A stretch of DNA of 64,000 nucleotides from Thermostichus sp. DRC_bins_24 (GTDB taxonomy: Bacteria; Cyanobacteriota; Cyanobacteriia; Thermostichales; Thermostichaceae), in assembly GCA_039794845.1 (NCBI GenBank), contig JAUQVK010000103.1, positions 1 through 64,000 on the forward strand, given 5' to 3'. Positions 1-10,321 of this stretch are shown piece by piece. How positions within the stretch are numbered: the stretch's first letter is position 1; each line of letters starts with the position of its first letter. The notes below the pieces were generated by a model. It ran no database searches. It worked only from the letters and a program-made list of their open reading frames with translations, and was not told where the DNA came from. Made by a program: the position numbers and the translations under genes.

Positions 1-525
1 CGGATCCCGCTGCAACTGCCGCACCGCTTGCCGAATCACCCCCTCTTGCTCGCCCCCTTTCATCATCGGCACAAACGGCAACAACGTCGGGATCGGCTCC
101 GAAAACACTCGCTCCACTTCCACTTCACTCAGCTGAATCACCCGGTAATCTTGACGGGCTTGGATCCCTTGCAGGGTTGATTCATAGGCCGTCACAACTT
201 CTGTATTTTCGGCCACGGGCAAAATCACCACCAGCACCGGATAAACCGGCAGCTTGAATTTTTCCTCTGCCAAGGCGGCATAGGCCCGCATCCGCCGCGG
301 CATCTCAGGGGAGTAGCGCAGTTGAATCTCGTTGGCAATGAGAAACTCCCCGATATCGGGATCCCAAGCCCGAATCAGGACATCCCCCTCCCAGCTGAGC
401 CACTGAAACTCAGAATCCAGCATCTCTTGAACCTGCACCTGCGGGTTCTGGGTCACCCAGCGGCTCCAAGACTGGAGATCCAGGCCAATCAGGCGTTTGC
501 TGCCGATATCGGCTTTTTTGCTCAT
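1..525 (-). CDS. Rpn/YhgA-like (PD-(D/E)XK) recombination-promoting nuclease / putative transposase; 3' end runs off the window
   Basis: Manual translation from ATG at 525: MSKKADIGSKRLIGLDLQSWSRWVTQ...SEFQWLSWEGDVLIRAW...FLIANEIQLRYSPEMPRRMRAYAALAEEKFKLPVYPVLVVILP, typical of cyanobacterial Rpn-like proteins. Not in the ORF track. Confidence 0.8.
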   Translation of the reverse strand, partial: MSKKADIGSKRLIGLDLQSWSRWVTQNPQVQVQEMLDSEFQWLSWEGDVLIRAWDPDIGEFLIANEIQLRYSPEMPRRMRAYAALAEEKFKLPVYPVLVVILPVAENTEVVTAYESTLQGIQARQDYRVIQLSEVEVERVFSEPIPTLLPFVPMMKGGEQEGVIRQAVRQLQRDP

Positions 526-722
526 GCCGGAATCCTAGCCGAAGCAGGGGATCCTGATGGATTGTCTGTAGCATCTGGAGAAGCTGTGAATCCCAGCGTG
601 AGAGCAGCCGACGCCACAATCGTGGGCCGGACAATTCCCGGCAAACTTGCCGGTGAGGAACCTCCCCCACCACTGCAATTACAGAGCAGCAGCAATATCC
701 GTAGCACCTTGAAAGGGTTCAT
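522..722 (-). CDS. Possible small secreted/lipoprotein-like hypothetical protein (66 aa)
   Basis: MNPFKVLRILLLLCNCSGGGG resembles a signal peptide plus Cys; its stop overlaps the Rpn start (ATGA). Confidence 0.3.
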   Translation of the reverse strand: MNPFKVLRILLLLCNCSGGGGSSPASLPGIVRPTIVASAALTLGFTASPDATDNPSGSPASARIPA

Positions 723-903
723 GTGCCTCCGTTCTAGCTGTTCAAAAGGGCTCCGTATGTCTTGAACAGGGGGGACGCTCTCACCTACGTGGGCTGTGTC
801 TGTTCCAAAATCTTGTGGTGGTGCCGTCGGTGAGATCTCTGTGGTGCAGAGAAAACCTCGCCTGGGGATCGTGCGAATCCACATAGAGATAGTTCAGCCC
901 CAT

Positions 904-2295
904 TTAAGACCCGACAGCAACATCAGTTGGGGAAGGCTCCTGCCGTAGGGTTCGATCTTTAACCTCCTGCAAAGCCTCGGTTAGACTCATGGGCCAGGGA
1001 TCCGGCTGACGCAGTTGCCGAACGCCTTTGGGCAGGCTGAGCACGGCGGCACGGCTGGTATGGGCGATGGTTTCCAGATCCGGCAAGGGATCCAGCAGCA
1101 CCCCCCCTGCCATGATTTTGCGCAAAAGCGGCTGAAAACCAGGAGGAGGCACTTCGTCTGCGTGGCCCAGCAGGTCGTCTGTGCTCCCCCGGAAGATTTG
1201 CTTACGTCCCGGGATCGTCGCCTTGGCAAAGGAGGCTTTGGCCACCGGGATCCCGTTAATTTCCACCAATTTGTAGACCCCATTCACCCCGTCGCCACTC
1301 ACCAAGCGGGTGCCCACCCCATAGCCGTTGATTGGGGCTTGGGAGCGATGCAGCCGTTCGATCTCGTATTCGTCCAAGTCGCCGCTCACGAAAACCGGGG
1401 ATCCCTGGGGCAAAATCTGCTTCACCTGGCGAGACAGATCCTCCAAATCCCCGGAGTCGATGCGCACTCCACCAAATTCACCCCGTGAACCCAGCGGATC
1501 GGGGTTCTCAGAGGCGAACAGGCGTGCTGCCGTGCGGGCTCCCTGAATCGGATCGTAGGTATCGATCAAAAGGGCCGATTGGGGAAAATAGCGCTGAAAG
1601 GAACGAAACGCGCTGGTCTCATCCCCCGAAAGGGCCGCGATCGCCATCACCAGAGAATGGGCCATTGTCCCTGCCGGTTTCCGCCCCAATTTCAGGGCCG
1701 CCAACACATTGGAAGTGGCGTTAAACCCTGCCGCCAGGGCTGCCCGTGCCGCCCACAAGCCCGCCTGAGGGCCAAAAGCTCGCCGCGTCCCAAACTCCAA
1801 CAAGATCGACTCATCTCCCGCCGCATCCCGCATGCGTGCCGCTTTGGTGGCGATCAGGGTTTGGTAGTTAAAGGTGGACAACAAATAGGTTTCCACCAGT
1901 TGCGCTTGCCAAAGCGGGGCCTCGATACGGATCAGGGGCTGGTTGGCAAAAAGAGCGGATCCCTCCGGCACCGCCCAGACATCCCCCTGAAAACGGCAAT
2001 TTTCCAAGAGGGCCCAAAACCGTTCCGGCGCGTCGGCGAAGATCCCAGTTGCCCGTAAGGCCGCCAGCGCATCCGCCGTAAAGTGGAGTTGCTGGAGATA
2101 TTCCACCGCCTGAGTCAAACCCATGGCGATCAGATAGCCATAGTCGGGGGGCAAGCGGCGCACAAACAGCTCAAAGGCTGCCGGTTGAGCCTCCAACCCT
2201 TCCCCTGCATAGCAAGCAGCCATGGTGAACTGGTACAGATCCGTCAGCAGGCCGTAGTCTTGGGGCTGCAACGACGAAAAATCAGGGGCCAACAT
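904..2295 (-). CDS. pncB: Nicotinate phosphoribosyltransferase
   Basis: LLTDLYQFTM, LEFGTRR, GTMAHS, LIDTYD, GVRIDSGD and GVGTRL motifs. Confidence 0.95.
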   Translation of the reverse strand: MLAPDFSSLQPQDYGLLTDLYQFTMAACYAGEGLEAQPAAFELFVRRLPPDYGYLIAMGLTQAVEYLQQLHFTADALAALRATGIFADAPERFWALLENCRFQGDVWAVPEGSALFANQPLIRIEAPLWQAQLVETYLLSTFNYQTLIATKAARMRDAAGDESILLEFGTRRAFGPQAGLWAARAALAAGFNATSNVLAALKLGRKPAGTMAHSLVMAIAALSGDETSAFRSFQRYFPQSALLIDTYDPIQGARTAARLFASENPDPLGSRGEFGGVRIDSGDLEDLSRQVKQILPQGSPVFVSGDLDEYEIERLHRSQAPINGYGVGTRLVSGDGVNGVYKLVEINGIPVAKASFAKATIPGRKQIFRGSTDDLLGHADEVPPPGFQPLLRKIMAGGVLLDPLPDLETIAHTSRAAVLSLPKGVRQLRQPDPWPMSLTEALQEVKDRTLRQEPSPTDVAVGS

Positions 2296-2325
2296 GAGAC
2301 GACCTCAGGGGTAAAGGCAGGTTAT

Positions 2326-2346
2326 TTATAGTGAAACTTACCATAA
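2326..2346. promoter_or_regulatory. NrtR-type operator 1 (TTATAGTGAAACTTACCATAA)
   Basis: 21-bp imperfect palindrome TTATAGT-N7-ACCATAA about 30 bp upstream of pncB; resembles the NrtR consensus. Confidence 0.8.
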
Positions 2347-2459
2347 TTAAATTCTGTTGTCAGGGATCCGCGAAGGGCTACGGTTCCCTCCCGAAGCTAG
2401 CCAGAGAGCGACCTGCAAAAGATGAGCATGCGGCATCTGGACAAAGCTAAGGGCTCGAC

Positions 2460-2480
2460 TTATAGTGAAAACAACCATAA
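2460..2480. promoter_or_regulatory. NrtR-type operator 2 (TTATAGTGAAAACAACCATAA)
   Basis: Near-identical second 21-bp palindrome upstream of the nicotinamidase-like gene. Confidence 0.8.
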
Positions 2481-2537
2481 ATACCGAACCAACCTAAGCT
2501 CGGCACCCGAACCAGGGCACCGCTGCGGGAGGATACC

Positions 2538-3620
2538 ATGAACACCACTGTACAGGGGTTAACGGTCGATGCCCCCTCTGGGCAAACCCTTCCCCTCCCC
2601 CCTCATTTCAATCCGGAACGCGTGGGAGAGATTTGGCGCGTGCCCTACCAAGAGCGGGCTGTGGAAGCGGAAAGTTGGGCCCAACAGTACGGGATCCCGC
2701 CGGCCCAAGTGGATCGGGTACGGGTGGGTTTGCTGCTCATCGACGTGCAAAACACCTTTTGCATTCCAGGGTTTGAGCTGTTTGTCGGGGGTAGCTCTGG
2801 CCGGGGAGCTGTGGAAGACAACCGGCGCCTGTGCCAATTCATTTACCGCAACCTGGCCCACATTACCCAGATCCTCCCCACCCTCGACACCCATACGGCC
2901 ATGCAGATCTTCCACCCGATTTTTTGGGTGAACGAGAAGGGATCCCATCCCGATCCGGCAACCCCAATCAGCGCTGCTGATATTCGTGCGGGTCGCTGGC
3001 AAGTGAATCCCGCCGTGGCCGCCAGCCTCACCCGGGGGGATCTGCCCACGTTGCAGGCCCATGCCCTTCACTACGCGGAGCAACTGGAGCAGGGCGGAAA
3101 ATATCCCCTCATCGTCTGGCCCTACCACTCGATGTTGGGGGGAATTGGCCATGCCTTGGTGCCTGCGGTGGAAGAGGCGATTTTCTTTCACAGCATCGCC
3201 CGCTTCAGCCAGGCCAGTTTGGAGCTGAAAGGGGCCAATCCCCTCACGGAAAACTATTCGGTTCTCAGCCCAGAGGTGCTGACCGGGCCAAATGGGGAGC
3301 CGATCGACGAGAAAAATGAACCTCTGATCCGCTACCTGTTGCAGTTCGATGCTCTGATTGTGGCGGGCCAAGCCAAGAGCCATTGTGTGGCCTGGACGGT
3401 GAGCGATCTTTTGCAAGAAATTCAGGCGGAGGATCCCAGCTTGGCGGGTAAGGTCTACTTACTGGAAGATTGCACCTCAGCGGTGGTGATCCCTGGAGTG
3501 GTGGATTTTAGCGAACAGGCGGAGGCCACTTTTGCCAGGTTTGCCGAAGCGGGCATGCACCGGGTGCGCTCTACCGACCCTCTGCAAGATTGGCCCGACT
3601 TTCCCAAGGCTCTCACCTGA
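2538..3620 (+). CDS. Long-form isochorismatase-family cysteine hydrolase, probable nicotinamidase (PncA-like)
   Basis: [18 protein letters not shown] and GQAKSHCV motifs; divergent from pncB with shared operators. Confidence 0.8.
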   Translation: MNTTVQGLTVDAPSGQTLPLPPHFNPERVGEIWRVPYQERAVEAESWAQQYGIPPAQVDRVRVGLLLIDVQNTFCIPGFELFVGGSSGRGAVEDNRRLCQFIYRNLAHITQILPTLDTHTAMQIFHPIFWVNEKGSHPDPATPISAADIRAGRWQVNPAVAASLTRGDLPTLQAHALHYAEQLEQGGKYPLIVWPYHSMLGGIGHALVPAVEEAIFFHSIARFSQASLELKGANPLTENYSVLSPEVLTGPNGEPIDEKNEPLIRYLLQFDALIVAGQAKSHCVAWTVSDLLQEIQAEDPSLAGKVYLLEDCTSAVVIPGVVDFSEQAEATFARFAEAGMHRVRSTDPLQDWPDFPKALT

Positions 3621-3730
3621 TTACAGCCCTTGCGCGGGTTTTCTGCAGCAAGGATTGTGCTTCCTCAGCCTTCTAGAGAGCGGATCCTAACTCCCACAGT
3701 TGTTATACGTGACTAGCGAAAGGGCTGTAA
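3621..3730 (+). mobile_element. MITE-like element, copy A (110 bp)
   Basis: Terminal inverted repeats TTACAGCCCTT...AAGGGCTGTAA; interior matches copies at 20616, 45823 and 58560. Confidence 0.8.
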
Positions 3731-3757
3731 GGCTATTGCTGCTCCTGCAACTCCGGT

Positions 3758-5038
3758 ATGATGAGGGCTCAGCCCCCCAACACACCCGGCTGGATCCCTT
3801 GCCAGAGCTTACCCGTGTACGACTCAGACTCCCGCGCCGCCGTCGGTTCTACCGCCAGCCCCAGTAGTCTACGGCCACCCACCGGGGCCCGGGATCTGTT
3901 GCCGCGGGAGGTGCAGCGGCGGGAAAAGTTAGAGGCTCAGTTGAGTCAGGTCTTCCAACGCTATGGCTACCAGCGCATCATCACCCCGACCCTCGAGCGG
4001 CTAGAAACCCTGCTGGCGGGGGGATCCATTCGGGCGGAGGCGGTGCTGCAACTGCGGGATAGCGAAGGCACCATGCTGGGGTTGCGCCCAGAGTTGACGG
4101 CCTCGATTGTGCGGGCGGCGGCCACCCGTCTGGCTGCTGGGCCCTTGCCCTTGCGCCTTTACTACCACGGCAGCGTTTTTCGCAACAGCCAACGGGAGGA
4201 GGGATCCTGCAGCGGTCAGGAATTTTTCCAGTCGGGGGTGGAACTAATTGGTGCCGGGGGATGGCTGGCGGATGCGGAGATTCTGTCCCTGTTGGCAGAC
4301 AGCCTCAAATCCGTCGGGATCCCCACGTGGACCTTGCTGCTGGGGGATGTGGGCATAACCGAAAGCCTTCTCAGCCCGATTGCCCCCACGGCTCAGGCGG
4401 CGGTGCGCCGGGCCATTGCCCAATTGGATTATGTCTACCTGGAGTCGGCGCCCCTACCGGAATCCGCCCGGCAGATCGGATCCCAGATTTTGGCCCTGCG
4501 CGGTCAGCCCGGTCGAGTACTATCCCAGTTGGCCCAGTTGCCCGTGCCAGCCGAACGCTTGCGCCATTTGCAGCAGCTTTGCCAAGTTTTGCAGGAGCAG
4601 CAGCTGCAGGTGGTGCTGGATCTGAGCTTGGTGCAAACCCTGGCCTACTATACAGGGATCATTTTTCAGGCGGTGGTGGGGGGTGAGGTGATCGGATTGG
4701 GGGGCCGCTACGACCAATTGCACTCCCTCTACAGCCCCCATCAGGCGGAACAACCGGGGATTGGCTTTACCCTGCTGCCGGATACACTGCTGCGACTGCT
4801 GCCCTCCCTCACCCAACCGGAAGACCTGGCCTGTAAGCGCCTGATTGTGCCGCTGGTGCCGGCTGGGATCCCTCAGGCTCTGGCTTTAGCAGCGCTGTGG
4901 CGGCAATCCGAGCCTGTGGAGTTGGAGCTGCTGGATCGTTCGCCTGAGGAGGTGGAAGCCTATGCCCGCCAATGCCGCATTCCCGAGGTGGCCTGGGTGC
5001 AAGCGGATGGCAGCTATCACATCACCCACCTGACCTGA
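3758..5038 (+). CDS. hisZ: ATP phosphoribosyltransferase regulatory subunit
   Basis: PPTGARDLLP, LRPELTASIVR, EFFQSGVELIG, YYTGIIF and GGRYD motifs (HisRS-like fold). True start may be downstream. Confidence 0.93.
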   Translation: MMRAQPPNTPGWIPCQSLPVYDSDSRAAVGSTASPSSLRPPTGARDLLPREVQRREKLEAQLSQVFQRYGYQRIITPTLERLETLLAGGSIRAEAVLQLRDSEGTMLGLRPELTASIVRAAATRLAAGPLPLRLYYHGSVFRNSQREEGSCSGQEFFQSGVELIGAGGWLADAEILSLLADSLKSVGIPTWTLLLGDVGITESLLSPIAPTAQAAVRRAIAQLDYVYLESAPLPESARQIGSQILALRGQPGRVLSQLAQLPVPAERLRHLQQLCQVLQEQQLQVVLDLSLVQTLAYYTGIIFQAVVGGEVIGLGGRYDQLHSLYSPHQAEQPGIGFTLLPDTLLRLLPSLTQPEDLACKRLIVPLVPAGIPQALALAALWRQSEPVELELLDRSPEEVEAYARQCRIPEVAWVQADGSYHITHLT

Positions 5039-5040
5039 GC

Positions 5041-5086
5041 AAACCATCCGACACCATGCCTACAGCAGGCTATGCCAACACGCTGC
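5041..5086 (+). repeat. ~50-bp dispersed repeat (family 2), just after the hisZ stop
   Basis: AAACCATCCGACACCATGCCTACAGCAGGCTATGCCAACACGCTGC aligns with 58428-58479 and the reverse complement of 12597-12641. Confidence 0.55.
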
Positions 5087-5096
5087 AGTCCTAAGT

Positions 5097-5138
5097 GAAG
5101 TGCAAGTCTTGCTGCAGAAGACCCGTGTAAGGGCTGTA
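5097..5138 (-). mobile_element. Truncated MITE copy E (left end only)
   Basis: Reverse complement TACAGCCCTTACACGGGTCTTCTGCAGCAAGACTTGCACTTC matches the left ends of the other copies. Confidence 0.7.
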
Positions 5139-5302
5139 TTGGGTAGAGCGCGGATCTCTCGTGGAGTTGCGGTGATAGGGGAGACTTTGCCCCTGTGAGG
5201 CAGTGAACCGGTCTTGGTCGAGTTGAGCGAATGCACCCTCGACCCAATGCGCCGCCGCTCTCTGTCAAACTGGAAAGCAGTAGTCGGGCTAGGTTTTGGA
5301 TT

Positions 5303-6835
5303 ATGGCCTTTGATTGGTTTCGCCGCCGCTTCACCGAACCAAGTGAGCCAGAAGCTGGATCAGAAAAGCCTGCAGGTCAGTCGACACCAACGCCGTCGGC
5401 ATCCTCAGACCCTGCACCTGCCGAGATTGCCCCGGAGGACTACCTTGCCTTCGCCAAAGCAGCCTATGCCAACTTAAAAGCCCGTGAAGCCTCTCAAGCG
5501 GCCGTGGATGTGCCCCCATCCCCAACGGTCGAGACGGCAAAACCGGCTTCAACAACCCCAGAGAGGATTCCGGAAACAGAGCCTACCCCTGCCTCAGCTC
5601 CCGTAGCCATCCCGGAGCAAGAGGGATCCCTCTCCCCCCAGCCCAGCCCTCCGGCAGGGGAGGAGACATCCGCTGAGTCTACTCCTGTGCAACCGGTTGC
5701 GACTCCTTCCTTTTTCGATCTGGCTCCCCGTGCCGCCGAGCGTCTGCAAGCCCTGGAAGCCAATGCCGTTGTCGAGCCCGAACCCCCACCTGTAGCTGCT
5801 GATGTTGCCGCTCCTCCAGAAAGCACGGCCCAAGGGCTGGTTTTCGATGAGGGTTTTCGCTGGTCGGCCGAGATCCTGGCAGCCCAAGGGCGTCGACCCG
5901 AGGAAATCTCTGTCGAAGAAATCTCCTGGTTGCAAAAGCTGCGAGAAGGGCTGGGCAAAACCCGCCTGAACTTGATCAACCAACTGAAAGCCCTGGTGGG
6001 CCGTGGCCCCATCGACCAGGATGCCGTCGAAGAAATTGAGATGGTGCTGCTGCAGGCGGATGTGGGCATTGATGCCACCGAGCGGATCATCCAAGCCCTG
6101 CAAAAACGCATGCGCGAGGAGGTGTTGCCCCCGGAAGAGGCGGTGAAATACCTGAAACAGCAAATGCGGGCCATGCTCAGTGTTGGGGATCCCACCTTTG
6201 CGCCGCGACGAGATCATCTAAATGTGTGGTTGATCGTGGGGGTGAATGGGGCGGGCAAAACCACTACCATCGGCAAAATTGCTCATGTTGCCCAGGGATC
6301 CGGCTACAAATGCCTGATTGCTGCTGCCGATACCTTTCGAGCCGCCGCCGTAGAACAACTGAAGGTTTGGGGTGAACGCGCCGGAGTGGAGGTGATCGCC
6401 AATCCCGGACAAAACACCGATCCGGCAGCGGTGGTGTTTGACGCGATAACAGCAGCCCAGGCCAGGGGCACCGAATTGCTGCTGGTGGATACGGCAGGCC
6501 GTCTGCAAAACAAGAAAAACCTGATGGATGAACTGGCCAAGATTCGCCGCATCATCGACAAAAAAGCCCCCGAGGCAACCGTGGAAGGGCTGCTGGTGTT
6601 GGATGCCACCCAGGGCCAAAACGGGTTGCGGCAAGCCCAGGTGTTTGCCGAGGCTGCCAAATTGAGCGGCGTGATCCTGACCAAGCTAGATAGCACCGCC
6701 AAAGGGGGCATTGCCCTGGCCATTACCCAGCAGATGAACCTGCCGATCCGCTTTATCGGCGCTGGGGAGGGACTGGAAGATCTGCGGCCCTTCTCCAGTT
6801 ACGAGTTTGTGGAGGCGCTCTTGAGCGAGTATTAA
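5303..6835 (+). CDS. ftsY: Signal recognition particle receptor FtsY
   Basis: Pro/Glu-rich N-terminus; GVNGAGKTTT, DTFRAAA, DTAGR and TKLD motifs. Start taken at MAFDWF. Confidence 0.97.
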   Translation: MAFDWFRRRFTEPSEPEAGSEKPAGQSTPTPSASSDPAPAEIAPEDYLAFAKAAYANLKAREASQAAVDVPPSPTVETAKPASTTPERIPETEPTPASAPVAIPEQEGSLSPQPSPPAGEETSAESTPVQPVATPSFFDLAPRAAERLQALEANAVVEPEPPPVAADVAAPPESTAQGLVFDEGFRWSAEILAAQGRRPEEISVEEISWLQKLREGLGKTRLNLINQLKALVGRGPIDQDAVEEIEMVLLQADVGIDATERIIQALQKRMREEVLPPEEAVKYLKQQMRAMLSVGDPTFAPRRDHLNVWLIVGVNGAGKTTTIGKIAHVAQGSGYKCLIAAADTFRAAAVEQLKVWGERAGVEVIANPGQNTDPAAVVFDAITAAQARGTELLLVDTAGRLQNKKNLMDELAKIRRIIDKKAPEATVEGLLVLDATQGQNGLRQAQVFAEAAKLSGVILTKLDSTAKGGIALAITQQMNLPIRFIGAGEGLEDLRPFSSYEFVEALLSEY

Positions 6836-6863
6836 GGCGCCCCCTCATTTCGGAGAGCCGATC

Positions 6864-8522
6864 GTGAAGGAGATGCCCACGGCCTCAGCCCTGGTTCCGC
6901 CTCGCCGCTATGCGTTGCCCTGGAGCGCTTGGGGGGTGGGAGTGGGCCTGTTTCTGGCGTTGGGCGGGCGCTGGTTGGTACAGGGTGGGGTGGATCTGGC
7001 CCTAGCCGAGCAAATTCAGGATACGGGCGCTTTACACGAATTTGTGGCCACCTTGGCGCAGGTGCTGTCGGGGGTGCTGGGGTTCACCATCTCGGTAGTG
7101 GCGATCGTGGTGCAGCTGAGTGCGGATCGCTTTACCCCCAAGGTGACGGAGCTGTTTTTGCGGGAGAAGGTGAATTTCTACATCATCTTTTTCCTGATTC
7201 TGGCCAATGTGGTCAGCTTGTGGAGTTCCATGGCCCTGAGCATTTACGAGCGTCCGGCGTTGCTCATTGGCCTGAATTTGGTGCTGGGTACGGCCTCGTT
7301 TCTGGTGCTGATCCCCTATTTCAACTTTGTGTTTAACTTCTTGCAGCCAGCCTCGATTATCCGTCGCATCGAAGAACAGGTGCAGCAGGCGGTCTTGTCC
7401 TCCCTCAGGCCTGAGTGGTGCCCAAAGCACACGCCTGAGGGATCCCCGTCATCCCAATCTTCACTGGCCCATCAGCGCTGTCTTTCCGCCCTGGATGAGA
7501 TCAAAGGCATTGCCACCAGCGCCATCCGCCAGCAGGAAGGAATCATCCTTTTGGATGCTCTAGACAGCCTCAAGGCCTTTTGGCTATTTTATGCTGCCCG
7601 TAAAGAGCAATTGCCCCGCGACTGGTTTCTCCTCACCCCAGCGTTGCGGCGGGATCCAGACTTTGTCTCGGTGGATGAGGGGCTATTGCGGCAGATCGAG
7701 ACGGAGGGCTCCTGGGTGGAGCTGAAGATCCTGCGGCAGTACCAAGCCCTGTTTGGGGAGGGGCTCAACGGCATGCGCCAGGTGAGCACCCTGGTGGCCA
7801 TTCACAGCCGGGAACTGGGGATCCGGGCCCTACAAACCCAAAAACTGACGGTGGCCGGATGGGTGGTCAAGTTTTTCAATACCTATCTGCGGGCCGTGAT
7901 CAACACGCAAGATATCCGCACCGGCTACAACCTGCTTAAGCAGTACCGCATGGTGGCTGAGGCGGCGCTACGACACCATCACTCTGCTTTGGTCTTGGAG
8001 ATCGTGGGCTACTTTCGTTACTACAGCCTCATCGCCTACAAAGCGGGCCTCTTTTTTCTGTCAGAAACTTTTGGTTTTGATTTGGGGTTGTTGGTGCAAC
8101 TGAGCTGTGCCCTGCAGTCGGAAACCACCGAAGCAATTTTGCAAGTCTTGTTGCGCCTTGACCAAGATCCCGAAAGCGAGCAACAGGAGACCACCCTGCG
8201 CGGGATCCGCAAAACCCAGGTGCGACTGGCGGCCTATTTCTTGAGTTGTGGGCGGGAGGATTTGGCCAAGTTGATCTATCTGGATATGCACCATGAGCCC
8301 CTGGTACGCTTGCAAATCATCCGCCAAGAGCTGCAATCCACCACGGCTGAGTTTTGGGAGTTTACGGATCGGGGCGAAAATTTCTACTATCTGGATCCTG
8401 CGCTGCAACCCTATGCCGACCAGTTTTTCGGATGGTTTCAGGGCTTTGTGCCCGAGATCAAAGGCGGTCGGGGCCAGGGGCCGGTGAATTCTAGCGGCCG
8501 GGGATCCCTGGAGCTGCCCTGA
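6864..8522 (+). CDS. Predicted membrane protein (DUF2254-like N-terminal TM region plus helical cytoplasmic domain)
   Basis: Four hydrophobic segments and a VVQLSADRFTPKV motif; long ORF. Confidence 0.7.
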   Translation: MKEMPTASALVPPRRYALPWSAWGVGVGLFLALGGRWLVQGGVDLALAEQIQDTGALHEFVATLAQVLSGVLGFTISVVAIVVQLSADRFTPKVTELFLREKVNFYIIFFLILANVVSLWSSMALSIYERPALLIGLNLVLGTASFLVLIPYFNFVFNFLQPASIIRRIEEQVQQAVLSSLRPEWCPKHTPEGSPSSQSSLAHQRCLSALDEIKGIATSAIRQQEGIILLDALDSLKAFWLFYAARKEQLPRDWFLLTPALRRDPDFVSVDEGLLRQIETEGSWVELKILRQYQALFGEGLNGMRQVSTLVAIHSRELGIRALQTQKLTVAGWVVKFFNTYLRAVINTQDIRTGYNLLKQYRMVAEAALRHHHSALVLEIVGYFRYYSLIAYKAGLFFLSETFGFDLGLLVQLSCALQSETTEAILQVLLRLDQDPESEQQETTLRGIRKTQVRLAAYFLSCGREDLAKLIYLDMHHEPLVRLQIIRQELQSTTAEFWEFTDRGENFYYLDPALQPYADQFFGWFQGFVPEIKGGRGQGPVNSSGRGSLELP

Positions 8523-8575
8523 TGTAGACCCAGCGGTAGGGTTTAGGGTGGGGCAAGGCCCAGTGCCACCGCTCG

Positions 8576-10294
8576 TTGCTGTTCCAGATGGGTTGTCCCA
8601 TGCGTCATTTCGATAGCCAAAACAGACTCGGTGCTTCTCCCCAGGTAGGGATGGGCTACCCCTTTAGGGGATCCAGCGCGTTTGTGCAGTTTCGCCGCGA
8701 TCCCCATTTGTTGTCCTTTTTGGGCCTGAGCCTGCTGATCATGGGGTTGGCTGTACCGCTATTTTTGCTGTCAGGGGCGGATCCCAGTTTGGATGGCTGT
8801 GATGAGAGCTTTTATGCCCAGATGGCCCGCGAGCTGTTGCGGGGGAGCGACTGGATAGGACCAACCTTTTTGGGGGAACCTTTTTTCGAGAAACCGCCCC
8901 TCCTGACTTGGGCCGTAGCCCTCAGCTTCGCCCTGCACGGGGTGAACGAGTGGGCGGCACGGCTGCCGGGGATCCTCTGCGCCTTGCTGTCTATCCCGCT
9001 GATCGGTTGGATAGGTCGCTTTTTTTTGCCGGTGCGGGCAGCCCTTCTGGGTATGGTTACCCTGCCCTTGTGTTACCTCTGGGTACAGCAGGGGCGGCTG
9101 GTGGGCCAGGATGTGCCCCTCACCTGTCTGGAATTGATCGGGATCTTGGCGCTGGTGAATGGCATCCATGGTCACAAGCGTTGGTTTTGGCTGACGGGGC
9201 TGGCCTTGGGGTTGGGTCTGCTGATGAAAAGCGCCATGATCCTGTTGCCCGGGGCGGCTCTGATCCCCTATCTGGTGCAGCAACGGCGACACTGGCTCGG
9301 GTCAGCTCAGTTTTGGCTGGCGGGCTTGCTGGGGTTGGGGGTTTTCGGGCTGTGGTTGGGGTTGGCGTTGCAGGCACATGGCCTGGAGGCCCTCACCACC
9401 TTGGTGGGCAAAGTGCGGGATTTGGGGGCAGAACCCTTTCACGCAGATGCCACGGGCTTGTACTACTTCTGGCATATTCCGGTCCATGGCTTTCCTTGGA
9501 CGGTTTTGGCGCTGCTGGGGGGAGTGCTGCTGGTGCGCCAGAAGCCGGGGCCAACCCTGCTGATTTGGTCTTTTCCCCTGTTGCTGCTGCTGCTGTTGCA
9601 GGTGTACCCCACCAAAACCCCCTATTACACCGTGCAGCTCTATCCTTGGTTGGCCCTCTTGGCCGGCGTAACCCTAGACCAAGCCCTACAGATGCGAGAG
9701 CAGCCCCGCTTCACCGGGATCCTCTCTTGGGTGCTGGCGGCGGTGGGGCTGTTGCTCCTGGGCTTAGGGGCGGCGGTCATGCTGGAGGTGGAGGGGCTGG
9801 AGCTTTTGCAACCCCATGCCGGGCCGCTGCTTGTGATTGGCATTTTGTACACCCTCTTGCCGGGGATCTGGAGTTGGCGGCGGGTGCTCCGTTACGCTGG
9901 CGGACTGTGGCTGGGCGCGTTGCTATTCGCCGGGATCCTTACCCTGGGCACGATCGTGTTGCGGCCCGATTTCGGCAATTTCAACCCCGCCTTTGCCCGG
10001 ATGGACTGGGAGCAGATGTTGCCCGAGGCCCAGGAGACGGTGGTGGATATCGGGCGTAGCGGCTTGGTGGACGTTTGCCAGGCTCAAGCCGTTGCCTTCT
10101 ATACACCCAGTCCCGGCGTTTGGGTGGATGATCAAGCTTTGATCCAAGGGGAGCACGGATCCCACCTTTGGCTGTCGCCGGTGCAAGCCGAACAGGTGGA
10201 GCCTGCCTCTTTGGGGCTGCAACCCTTGGCGGAGGTGGAGGGCTGGCAACTGATGCGCCACCTTGGCCCTACTCCGGAGACTCCAGCCATCTGA
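8576..10294 (+). CDS. ArnT/PMT-like (GT-C fold) membrane glycosyltransferase
   Basis: DESFYAQMARELL, FFEKPPL and EWAARLP motifs; many TM helices. Start uncertain. Confidence 0.9.
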   Translation: MLFQMGCPMRHFDSQNRLGASPQVGMGYPFRGSSAFVQFRRDPHLLSFLGLSLLIMGLAVPLFLLSGADPSLDGCDESFYAQMARELLRGSDWIGPTFLGEPFFEKPPLLTWAVALSFALHGVNEWAARLPGILCALLSIPLIGWIGRFFLPVRAALLGMVTLPLCYLWVQQGRLVGQDVPLTCLELIGILALVNGIHGHKRWFWLTGLALGLGLLMKSAMILLPGAALIPYLVQQRRHWLGSAQFWLAGLLGLGVFGLWLGLALQAHGLEALTTLVGKVRDLGAEPFHADATGLYYFWHIPVHGFPWTVLALLGGVLLVRQKPGPTLLIWSFPLLLLLLLQVYPTKTPYYTVQLYPWLALLAGVTLDQALQMREQPRFTGILSWVLAAVGLLLLGLGAAVMLEVEGLELLQPHAGPLLVIGILYTLLPGIWSWRRVLRYAGGLWLGALLFAGILTLGTIVLRPDFGNFNPAFARMDWEQMLPEAQETVVDIGRSGLVDVCQAQAVAFYTPSPGVWVDDQALIQGEHGSHLWLSPVQAEQVEPASLGLQPLAEVEGWQLMRHLGPTPETPAI

Positions 10295-10321
10295 GGAGCC
10301 CACCCTAGAGGAGAAACTGCC

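Noticed and set aside
322..765. 147-aa plus-strand ORF
   Set aside because: Antisense shadow of the Rpn-like gene; no recognisable motifs.
8908..10059. 383-aa alternative-frame ORF inside the glycosyltransferase
   Set aside because: Gly/Ala-rich off-frame product of GC-rich codons; the overlapping frame carries the family motifs.
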